The position numbers were made by a program, and so were the translations under genes. A stretch of 64,000 bases of DNA from a virus, in the IMG/VR virus record IMGVR_UViG_3300036859_000973, positions 1 to 64,000 of that record. One strand, given 5' to 3'. Position 1 is the first letter of the stretch. Each line of letters opens with the position of its first letter. Under the pieces are notes generated by a model. It was not told where the DNA came from. It was given only the letters and a program-made list of their open reading frames with translations, and made no database searches. This document shows positions 56,575 through 64,000 of the stretch, one piece after another.

Positions 56575-57983
56575 GGACTCGCGTGGGGGGGATCTTCAAA
56601 GCTGGGGGGGACCAATCCAAGTTCCTCCAGAAGCTCATGGGCAGCAATCAAATACCTCGGGGCAACTCGTGTGACGAGCCCAGATTTCTCCATGGCGTGG
56701 ATATGGTTATATGCTGTCGAACGACTGCGACGTCCTTTTTGTTCTAGCCAGCTTACCAGGTCGCGCTGTGTGAAACCATTTTTTCTCTTGTCTGGTTCCT
56801 CCATGATGAACGATTGGAGCAAGTCATGATCGCCCGTGGTCTTTGGCTCGCTTCCCCCTTCAACATTGTATTTCTGGAAGAGAGCACTAATGTAATTCTC
56901 CGAAAGGAGACACGCGAGCTTCGCGTCTTCATCCTCATACTCAAGCTTCTCGATGTATTGCCCCTCCGTGAGTTTGCTGACTACGCGGCTGACGGCCGCT
57001 GCGGTGACAAGCTGGGCGATCCTTCCGTAGTCGCGTAGCGTGCGCAGCGTGCTCGTCGGCACGCCGATGTCGTCTTCGAGTTCTCTGTATGGTCCGTCGT
57101 GGACTTGCTGGACGATCTGGATGAGGTCCTTGGGTGGATAGGGGACGATCTCGAAGTTGGTGAGCCAGGCGATCTCGTTGAACTTCCTGATCGATGGTTG
57201 CAGCGAACTCACCCTGCCTGGGCCGTTCCACCACGTTGTTCTGGCCTGGATGCGGTTCGAGTTCCATGCCGCTGGGACCACGCGGCTGCTCAGGCCGCTC
57301 TCTTCCATGGTCTCGCGGACGCTGGACGCGAGCGGGCGGCTGCAACCGATGAAGGAGGCGTTGGTCCGGTACTGGAGGATGCCCTCGTTGGCGTCGAAGA
57401 CGATCTTGAACCGTTCCATGATCTCGCGTTGGGCATCGGTGGACTGGATGCCTACGAGCTTGGCAAGCGCAACGACGATGTCTCCTTCCTCGAAAGCGCG
57501 GTTGAGGTGCTCGCCCTTGTCCTTCGACGCTGGTCCGTGGCCGAGGAAGTCCATGAACTCGCTGCAATACCAGAAGTCGGCCCTCGGGAGCCACGGGACA
57601 CCAAGACGATCGCCGGTAGCTGTGCCGCGCGCGCGCTCCCAACCAGTGCCACTCTCCAGGGAGTAGTACGTCGGGCCGATGTAGTCGGACGGCGCGGAGA
57701 GGATGTCGCAGGCACCGATGTAGTCGCGCAGGAAGGCCTTGCTGCCGGTGCTCTTCCCGTCGCCGATCGGTCCGAGGATCATCATGTGGCGACGCAGGCG
57801 GGCGCGAGGGTTGTCGCTGTAAGTACCACGCTTCAGGCAAGCCAGGAGGTAGGTGATCTCCATCTCCGTGTACCAGACGCTGCCGGCGTCGCCGTACTCC
57901 TCGCGCCCGGCGCGCTCGACCTCGAAGAAGATGGGCGTGGCCACAACGCGGCTGATAGGCGGCGCCTCAATCCATTTTTCCAT
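56571..57983 (-). CDS. mcm: MCM-family AAA+ helicase lacking the N-terminal domain, with C-terminal wHTH
   Basis: ILGPIGDGKS, YCSEF, LNRAFEEG.I.VA, ASFIGCSRP, LSSRV, TLRD..RI. Confidence 0.7.
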   Translation of the reverse strand: MEKWIEAPPISRVVATPIFFEVERAGREEYGDAGSVWYTEMEITYLLACLKRGTYSDNPRARLRRHMMILGPIGDGKSTGSKAFLRDYIGACDILSAPSDYIGPTYYSLESGTGWERARGTATGDRLGVPWLPRADFWYCSEFMDFLGHGPASKDKGEHLNRAFEEGDIVVALAKLVGIQSTDAQREIMERFKIVFDANEGILQYRTNASFIGCSRPLASSVRETMEESGLSSRVVPAAWNSNRIQARTTWWNGPGRVSSLQPSIRKFNEIAWLTNFEIVPYPPKDLIQIVQQVHDGPYRELEDDIGVPTSTLRTLRDYGRIAQLVTAAAVSRVVSKLTEGQYIEKLEYEDEDAKLACLLSENYISALFQKYNVEGGSEPKTTGDHDLLQSFIMEEPDKRKNGFTQRDLVSWLEQKGRRSRSTAYNHIHAMEKSGLVTRVAPRYLIAAHELLEELGLVPPSFEDPPHASP

Positions 57984-58068
57984 TTTGTATCATTCGAGTA
58001 GTGCGCCTGGAAAACGGTTTTTCTCCAGATGAAACGATAAATGTCTGAGGTAGGTTACCTGAGGCGAT

Positions 58069-58290
58069 TTTCCATTTATTCCAAGGCCCTCTAAGGGGGT
58101 GCTAAAAGGTGGACGAAGGCCAAGGCAGATCGACAGCTACATAAGGACGGACGTAGGTAAGAGAGTACCTTAGAGAGAGCTATCTTTCTAGGACGCTACC
58201 TTCTCTATGGACCCCCTTAGTCTCATCCCCTCACCCACCTCCTTGTCCATCCTTTAGCACCCCCTTAGAGGGCCTTGGAATAAATGGAAA
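58069..58290. repeat. Perfect 38-bp inverted repeat with 146-bp spacer; candidate replication origin
   Basis: TTTCCATTTATTCCAAGGCCCTCTAAGGGGGTGCTAAA at 58069-58106, reverse complement at 58253-58290; low-GC intergenic region. Confidence 0.9.
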
Positions 58291-58336
58291 TCCAATCCCT
58301 CTGTGTTTAAATAGCATCGTTCCCCCTCTTCTTCCG

Positions 58337-58948
58337 ATGGGCGATCCGATCCCCGTCGATGTCCTGCACGCACCCGACGCGATCGTGCCGACGGACCACC
58401 CCATCGACCAGCATCCCGACCGCGACGCGGTGATCCACGCCATCGGGCTCTACCTCCTGGAGCCCAAGGCCACCAAGCCGACGTGGCGCATCTTCGTGGG
58501 GGCGCTGCGCACCGAGTTCCCCGACCTCGCGCTCGACGCCACCGAGGAGCGGGCCATCGCCCAGGTCCAGGCCTACGCGCGCAAGGTCGCGCGCGTCGTC
58601 GTGCTCTCGGGCGAGTTCTTCCGCAAGGCCCTCATCGAAGCCGGCATCGACCTGAACACGCTGAAGCACAAGGCGGACATCGCCCAGAAGCTCCAGGCCG
58701 AGTTCGAGGCCGTCATCGCCGATCGCAGCACCGACGCCAAGGGTCGCCCGAACATCCGTCCCATCGACCGCGCCACGCTCGGCCGGGCCGCTCTTGAGGC
58801 GTGGAACGACTTCGAGGAGACGGCAGAGCGCGCGGGGATGCTCGCGCCGCGCCACGTCAAGGTGGACACGACCCACGTCGAGATCGATGTGGCCGCGCTC
58901 CGCGCGCAGCACAAGGACAGCTATGCCGATCGGGTACGGGTCCGCTGA
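58337..58948 (+). CDS. Helical protein, candidate terminase small subunit
   Basis: TTTAAATA at 58306-58313 suggests a leaderless mRNA; helical body with beta-tail HVKVDTTHVEIDV; isolated plus-strand gene in this arm. Confidence 0.4.
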   Translation: MGDPIPVDVLHAPDAIVPTDHPIDQHPDRDAVIHAIGLYLLEPKATKPTWRIFVGALRTEFPDLALDATEERAIAQVQAYARKVARVVVLSGEFFRKALIEAGIDLNTLKHKADIAQKLQAEFEAVIADRSTDAKGRPNIRPIDRATLGRAALEAWNDFEETAERAGMLAPRHVKVDTTHVEIDVAALRAQHKDSYADRVRVR

Positions 58949-58987
58949 ACCCGATGCGACGAGTGCGCCCGCGTAACCGTTAAGTGC

Positions 58988-59090
58988 GTGCGATCCCCAT
59001 CCAGGGATTGCCGGTTTCGTCGCGGCTTCCGGCAAGCAGCTTCGGGTGGGATGCACAGACGAAACCCGCCGGACGGCAACCCGGCGGGCT
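58988..59090 (+). ncRNA. Candidate pseudoknotted RNA plus terminal hairpin
   Basis: 58988-59002/59044-59056; 59008-59014/59029-59035; loop GTTTCGTC complementary to GACGAAAC (59058-59065); hairpin 59065-59088. Confidence 0.4.
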
Positions 59091-59447
59091 TCATTTTCCT
59101 TCGCAGATCGGGCACGCCATGTGGACGCGCCCGTCCTCCAACCTCGTGACCCAGCCACCGGCGCAGCCGCGCGGGCACGGCTCGAAGCTCACGGGCACGA
59201 GGGAGTCGAGCGCGACCGCATCGACCGCGACGACCTGTGTCGGGACGACCTTGGCCTTGATCCTGGGTTGCCGCAGGATCGACGGAGGTGCGTCCTCGCG
59301 CTCCGCCTCGTGGCGCCGCCCCGGGATCACGATGGGCCGCGTCAGGACGGCCCACAGCAGCGCGACGAACAGCACCGGGATGATGAGGCCCGTCACGGTG
59401 AGCACGACGACGGCTCCGAGCACCGCGGCGGGCCAGAGGTCGGTCAC
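59091..59447 (-). CDS. Membrane protein with C-terminal Zn finger
   Basis: Hydrophobic N-terminus; CPRGC...CPIC. Confidence 0.55.
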   Translation of the reverse strand: MTDLWPAAVLGAVVVLTVTGLIIPVLFVALLWAVLTRPIVIPGRRHEAEREDAPPSILRQPRIKAKVVPTQVVAVDAVALDSLVPVSFEPCPRGCAGGWVTRLEDGRVHMACPICEGK

Positions 59448-62278
59448 GCGCCCCCCATCAGTCGCTCGGCGACGGCGTCCATGATGTTCGCCTCGATCTC
59501 GCCATCGGCTCCGTCGTGGACGGCGGCGGACTCCTTCTGCTTCTCCACGAGCACGCCCCAGATGTGCTCGTCGATGCTGCCCTCGCCGAGGAAGTACCAG
59601 GACGTCAGGCCGTGCGGATCGTTCTGGCGCGCGTAGCAGCGCCCCTCGGCTTGGATGAAATGTGCGGTGGGTGTCCACCAGAGCGATAGGGTCGCCATGT
59701 GCGACGCCGCGGTCATCGTGTATTGCTCCCCGCCGGCCAGGAGCGATCCGATGAGCTTGCGGCACGACGGATCAACCTGGAAACGGTCCACGTTCTTCTG
59801 CGCCGCGGCGCCCATGCCGCCGCGCACGATGGCGGAGTCCGGGAACGCCTCGACGAGCTTCGACATCGCATCCTCGTGATGGGCCCAGACGACGATCTTC
59901 TGGTCGCTCGACGGTGGGAAGTTGTCGTTCAACCACTCGATGACGCCGGCGACCTTGCCGATCTCCGTGAGATGGCGCAGCTTGTTCAGGCGCACCAGCT
60001 TCTCGGCGCGCATGGCGCCACTCGGGTCCTTGCCGTGAGCCACGAGCCACTGGACGATGTCCTCCTCGGCGGCGCGGTACTCGGCCTCGTTCGTGAGCGG
60101 CAGCGGGATCACGTTGCGCTGGAGCGGCGGAAGCTCGCCGAAGACCTCCTCCTTCGTGCGCCGCACCATGCACGTTGATCTCAAGCGCATGTGCAGGCCC
60201 TTCAGGTCGCGCACGCCCTTGCCGCCGAGGCGGTCCTGGCGCTGCCGGCCATAGGTGAAGCGGAATTGCGTCGGCCCGCCGAACTCGTTGATCCATCCCA
60301 GTACCGTGAGCGGCACGACGAGATCCTCCGCGGTGTTCACCACGGGGTTCGCCGTCAGGCCGACGCGCAGCGGGACGTCCTGGCTCAACGCGAGCGCGGC
60401 CTCGGCGCGGAGCGTGTTCCTGTTGCGGACCGAGTGGATCTCGTCGAAGACGACGGCGCGCGGCTTCAGCGCGCGGAGCGCGTCGATGTGTTTGTGAAGC
60501 AAATTATACGAGACCAGGTAGCAGTCGGCGCCCGTGGGAATCGTGCCCTTGCCCTCGACCACGACGACGCTGCGGCCGGGCAGCCAAGCCTTCATCCCGA
60601 GCGGATCGTAGCCCATGATGTGGCGCTTCCAGTGCTGCTTGCCGTTGCCGCGCACGACGAAGATCGCCGGCCATGCCCCGAGGGCGTGGGGGATCGCCAT
60701 GCCCTGCTGCGTGTTGTGCGTCAAGATGCAGTGCTCAGTCGCATAGAGGGCGTCTGGCGCATCCACGGCGATGCACACGGATTCGGCATCCTCAACGTAT
60801 TCGATAGATTGAACAACCCGGCGGGGAGCAGCAGATCTCCCAGGTGAATATCGAGACGCCCTTCGTGGCAGGGTAAATGGTGGAATCTCCGCTGGCAGTC
60901 GGATGCGAACTTGGTAGTCCGTAGGTTTTGATTCGTGTGAGCGATCGTATGCCCGCACGCTGGCTACTCCACCAAGACCCTCGACCAATTCTTGGACGTT
61001 TCCTGCTAGACGGGCGCTGATCGTATGATAATTGATTTTGTTTCCCGTCTTGGAGATACTTCCGTCACCATCCATCAGGCCGTGAAGCAAGGCGATACGA
61101 TCATTTGGCGTGGCTCTCAGATAAGCAATGGGGATGTGTTTCTCTCGGCTTAGAACATCAAGGTCCAGTGATCTAATGGCATTGATGATGCCAGAAAATC
61201 CTGCGCGGATCACATTATCATATTTGTTCTCGCTGCTTGCGACAATTCCCTCCTTCTTGAGCCTAGTCTTGATGAATGACCAATTCCACTTGGCTGTAGA
61301 GAGTTGTGGTGTGCCACTGGCGAGGTGCCCATTTGCAATGAGCTGTCCTAGAAAATATGGTGGGATTGGCAGGTTGCCCCTCTGCTTGTTGAAGATCACC
61401 GGTTTCTTGAGCATTGGCAAATGCAACTGAGTCTTGCTCAAATCGAGCTTTGTGCTCTTACGAGTGCCACTTTTCCACTTCATCTCAAGAATGGGTCGTG
61501 TCCTCATCTGTTCGGTGGTCAGGACGATTTCTTTCCATCTGCGTCCGCCGCAGTGGTATCTCATCGTCCATAGGTGATCTGGGCCGGCTTCGACCGAGGA
61601 ACCGTCGCTGAACTTCACCCGATAGCTAGGTTTTGTTCCCTGTGGGAAGATGGCGAGGACGTTCGCAGGTTTTCCGTTGGAACCAATGACGTTGTCTCCA
61701 ACTTTGAGAGAGCCGATGGTGCGCCATCCGCTCGATGTGAGGACATTTGTATTCGTCCTATGACATTTTCCGAGGCCGGTCTCGTCACCGATCAGGACGC
61801 CGATCGTCTTCTTCTCCGGCAGCTTCACAGGATCAACGACGTCGCCGCCAACCTCGTGGCCGGCGAGTCGCATAGCGAAGGCTACGCTCGCAGCTTGGTA
61901 CGGCCGCAGGTCCATCCGCATCCCAGACACCTGGAAGTGCGCCTCGGGCAGCGCGCTGGCGGTCCGCGTCGCCTCGGCGCGCTTGAGCACACCATCCGCA
62001 AGCTCGCGCGCCTCGTCGCCCCAGCGGTACGCGAACTTCTGGGTGAACTTGATGAGTTCGAGCACCTCGCTGAAGCTGGCGCCGACGAGCCATGTCTTCG
62101 ACTCATTGTCCCACGCCGGGCGCGGCCTGGGCCAGACGCGCACGGCCTCCGCGAAGGCGATGTCGTACTCGCCCTCGATGGCAAAGCCTTCGCCGCGGCG
62201 GTGGATCGTGCCGGTGCCGAACTTCCGCGTGGCGGTCGGGACGACGCCACCTTTCGGCTTCAGGTTGTAGAGGCCCAT
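59444..62278 (-). CDS. SNF2/HARP-like SF2 helicase containing an intein
   Basis: LRPYQ, GDETGLGK|T, FDEIH, LTANP.VN, QAEGR. Confidence 0.92.
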   Translation of the reverse strand: MGLYNLKPKGGVVPTATRKFGTGTIHRRGEGFAIEGEYDIAFAEAVRVWPRPRPAWDNESKTWLVGASFSEVLELIKFTQKFAYRWGDEARELADGVLKRAEATRTASALPEAHFQVSGMRMDLRPYQAASVAFAMRLAGHEVGGDVVDPVKLPEKKTIGVLIGDETGLGKCHRTNTNVLTSSGWRTIGSLKVGDNVIGSNGKPANVLAIFPQGTKPSYRVKFSDGSSVEAGPDHLWTMRYHCGGRRWKEIVLTTEQMRTRPILEMKWKSGTRKSTKLDLSKTQLHLPMLKKPVIFNKQRGNLPIPPYFLGQLIANGHLASGTPQLSTAKWNWSFIKTRLKKEGIVASSENKYDNVIRAGFSGIINAIRSLDLDVLSREKHIPIAYLRATPNDRIALLHGLMDGDGSISKTGNKINYHTISARLAGNVQELVEGLGGVASVRAYDRSHESKPTDYQVRIRLPAEIPPFTLPRRASRYSPGRSAAPRRVVQSIEYVEDAESVCIAVDAPDALYATEHCILTHNTQQGMAIPHALGAWPAIFVVRGNGKQHWKRHIMGYDPLGMKAWLPGRSVVVVEGKGTIPTGADCYLVSYNLLHKHIDALRALKPRAVVFDEIHSVRNRNTLRAEAALALSQDVPLRVGLTANPVVNTAEDLVVPLTVLGWINEFGGPTQFRFTYGRQRQDRLGGKGVRDLKGLHMRLRSTCMVRRTKEEVFGELPPLQRNVIPLPLTNEAEYRAAEEDIVQWLVAHGKDPSGAMRAEKLVRLNKLRHLTEIGKVAGVIEWLNDNFPPSSDQKIVVWAHHEDAMSKLVEAFPDSAIVRGGMGAAAQKNVDRFQVDPSCRKLIGSLLAGGEQYTMTAASHMATLSLWWTPTAHFIQAEGRCYARQNDPHGLTSWYFLGEGSIDEHIWGVLVEKQKESAAVHDGADGEIEANIMDAVAERLMGGA
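60713..61765 (-). mobile_element. Intein with LAGLIDADG domain in Walker A (GK|T), 351 aa
   Basis: Starts CHRTNTNVLT, ends ILTHN|T; LLHGLMDGDG; lower GC. Confidence 0.92.
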
Positions 62279-62279
62279 G

Positions 62280-62705
62280 TCAATACACGATCAGCTTGAG
62301 TTCGCCTGCCGACGTCGCGCGTGCGTGGATCTCCGAGCCGCACGGAGCGTCGATGCTGCGGAAGTCCATCGCCTCGCCGCGGCGGTCGTAGAGCATCCCG
62401 CCGAAGGAGACCATGCTGCCGTCGCAGCGCACCGTGCTCTCGACGTAGGTCCCCCAACCAGCCTCGACGTCGGCGACTCTGCCGCCCAGCTTCTCGTCGT
62501 TGCTGTTGAAGGTCGCCACGGAGAACTTCACGCGGCTGTCGTAGTCGTTGTAGAACGTGACATCCACCGTCGTCGGCCCCGCTGGCGGTGGTGGCGGCGG
62601 TGACGCCGGCGCCGGTGCCACGGACGGGCCCGGCGCAGCGTGCTGCTTTGGCACGACGCATCCGGCCATGACGATGGCCAGCGCCAGCACCACGAAGAGC
62701 TTCAT
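62280..62705 (-). CDS. Lipoprotein
   Basis: MKLFVVLALAIVMAGC lipobox plus Pro-rich linker. Confidence 0.7.
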   Translation of the reverse strand: MKLFVVLALAIVMAGCVVPKQHAAPGPSVAPAPASPPPPPPAGPTTVDVTFYNDYDSRVKFSVATFNSNDEKLGGRVADVEAGWGTYVESTVRCDGSMVSFGGMLYDRRGEAMDFRSIDAPCGSEIHARATSAGELKLIVY

Positions 62706-63235
62706 GCTGGCTCCTGCGCCGTCACGGGACGGCAGACGTTGGAGGAGTGCTCGGTCACGCAGTCGATCTCGAAGAGTGCGCCCCACGCGCGCAGCAGCCG
62801 CTCAAGCTCGCCGCGGCGGCGTAGGTGCTCCGCCACGCCGAGCCGCGTCGGCGTCCGGATCTCGGCGTGGTTCGCCCACAGCCAGAAGCACCCGAGGTCG
62901 AGGAACGGGCCGGAGAGGTCCTTGACCATGTGCTGCTTGGCCTCGGCGCGTTCCAATGCCTGGAGCGCCTTCACGAAGTCCGGGTCCGGCACCTTCTTGG
63001 TCCGCAACTCGATGCGGGCTGGCGCCGAGTTGTCCTCGACCTCGACGGTGCCGCCGATGGCGCGGATCGCCTCGACGAGATCGGCCATGTAGGCGCCGCC
63101 GATCCGGATGCGCTTGCCGCCGTGGAGGAGCCAGTACCTCGTGTCGGGCTCGATGGGTTCTTCCTCGACGTCCATGCCGACGACCGTCGGCGGCATGATC
63201 GAGTACCTCGCCACCAAAGCTTGCTCTTTCGTCAT
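62702..63235 (-). CDS. Hypothetical protein
   Basis: ATGA-coupled ORF. Confidence 0.55.
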   Translation of the reverse strand: MTKEQALVARYSIMPPTVVGMDVEEEPIEPDTRYWLLHGGKRIRIGGAYMADLVEAIRAIGGTVEVEDNSAPARIELRTKKVPDPDFVKALQALERAEAKQHMVKDLSGPFLDLGCFWLWANHAEIRTPTRLGVAEHLRRRGELERLLRAWGALFEIDCVTEHSSNVCRPVTAQEPA

Positions 63236-63437
63236 GGGTTCACCTTGCTGTGCTTGCTGCATGTCCTGAAGTAGTATCCTTGCCCGTTGGGGGGCAGCAC
63301 CTCAAGCGTGCACTCGGGACAGAGGGCGCAGTCCTCGGCCTCTCGCCGCTCGCCGCGCCACGTCGCCTTGGCCTGCTCGATGTCGGCCTGCTCCTGCTCG
63401 CGCGCGCGGAGCCAGAAACTCCAACGGCGCCAGAAGC

Positions 63438-63932
63438 TCATGCGGCCTTCCTCCGGCGGCGCGGCGAGGGCTTCTTCCCCTGGCGGGCCATCTCCTTGGC
63501 GCACTCGCCCTCGTCGTCGCGGTAGTCGGCCTTGTGGCTTTCCATCTCCCTCGCGAAGTCCACCTTGTCGTCGGGATCGCCGAGGTCCATGCCGCAGTCC
63601 GGGCAGCCCGGCCGCGGCGGGATCGGGGCCACATCCCACGCGCCGGTGGCCAGCGACTCAAGCATCTTCGGGAAGGCACGGGTGCCGTAGGTCAGCATGT
63701 ACGAACCCCATGCCGCGTTCAGATCGCGCAGCCGGCGCTGGATCGCGCGGACGGCCTCGACGTTCTCGATCGTGGCCGGCAGCACGAGGGTCGTCCGGAC
63801 GCTCATGCCCTTGCGTCGCGCCTCGCGCTCCTCGCGCGACTCGTGGGTGGAGTCCTTGGCCCAGCGGTCGTTGCTGACGTGTCTCCCGGTGCGCTCCCAG
63901 CGGCCCGTCCATGGGCGATCGAGCGGGTCCAT
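63438..63932 (-). CDS. Hypothetical protein with CxxC
   Basis: CPDCG...H...C; start uncertain. Confidence 0.5.
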   Translation of the reverse strand: MDPLDRPWTGRWERTGRHVSNDRWAKDSTHESREEREARRKGMSVRTTLVLPATIENVEAVRAIQRRLRDLNAAWGSYMLTYGTRAFPKMLESLATGAWDVAPIPPRPGCPDCGMDLGDPDDKVDFAREMESHKADYRDDEGECAKEMARQGKKPSPRRRRKAA

Positions 63933-64000
63933 CCCCTCCTTGTCGGCCGCAGCCAGCGCTTCGGCGATGGACTCGGGTGGCTCCTCCTCGCCGAAGCGAA

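Noticed and set aside
58949-59090. Hammerhead or HDV/theta ribozyme
   Set aside because: GAAA is present but there is no CUGANGA core, and an HDV P1 helix could not be formed; kept only as an unclassified structure.
1-64000. Provirus boundaries, integrase or host genes
   Set aside because: No integrase, att-associated tRNA or housekeeping gene recognised; both window ends look viral, so lifestyle cannot be determined.

Overview
This window is a 64-kb piece of a GC-rich tailed dsDNA virus (Caudoviricetes, contractile-tail type) that most likely infects a non-halophilic archaeon. The archaeal call rests on PCNA, an MCM-type helicase, a PriS-type primase, an RPA-like OB protein, an ERCC4 nuclease, a DUF2080/AbrB-like protein and TATA-box promoters. 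Layout: (i) 1-9.7 kb accessory region with a glycoside-hydrolase-like gene, lipoproteins, a small zincin, a HerA-like ATPase and small regulators. (ii) 9.9-44.8 kb plus-strand virion module with portal, S49 protease, scaffold, capsid, a ~9-kb block of extra fibre/appendage-like genes, neck, sheath, tube, chaperone, tape measure, baseplate, tail fibre and membrane proteins. (iii) 44.8-64 kb mostly minus-strand replication/recombination arm, which also holds the large terminase. Selfish elements are two free-standing LAGLIDADG genes, one Zn-finger PD-(D/E)XK endonuclease and two inteins, one of them an Ala-initiated class-3-type intein in the ERCC4 active-site motif. Non-coding features I consider most notable: a perfect 38-bp inverted repeat beside the MCM gene (candidate origin), a 17-bp operator-like motif at five loci, and three structured intergenic regions, two of which share an exact 13-nt complementarity ~49 kb apart. 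No DNA polymerase, integrase, reverse transcriptase, tRNA or CRISPR array was recognised. All calls come from motif recognition by eye; no searches were run.
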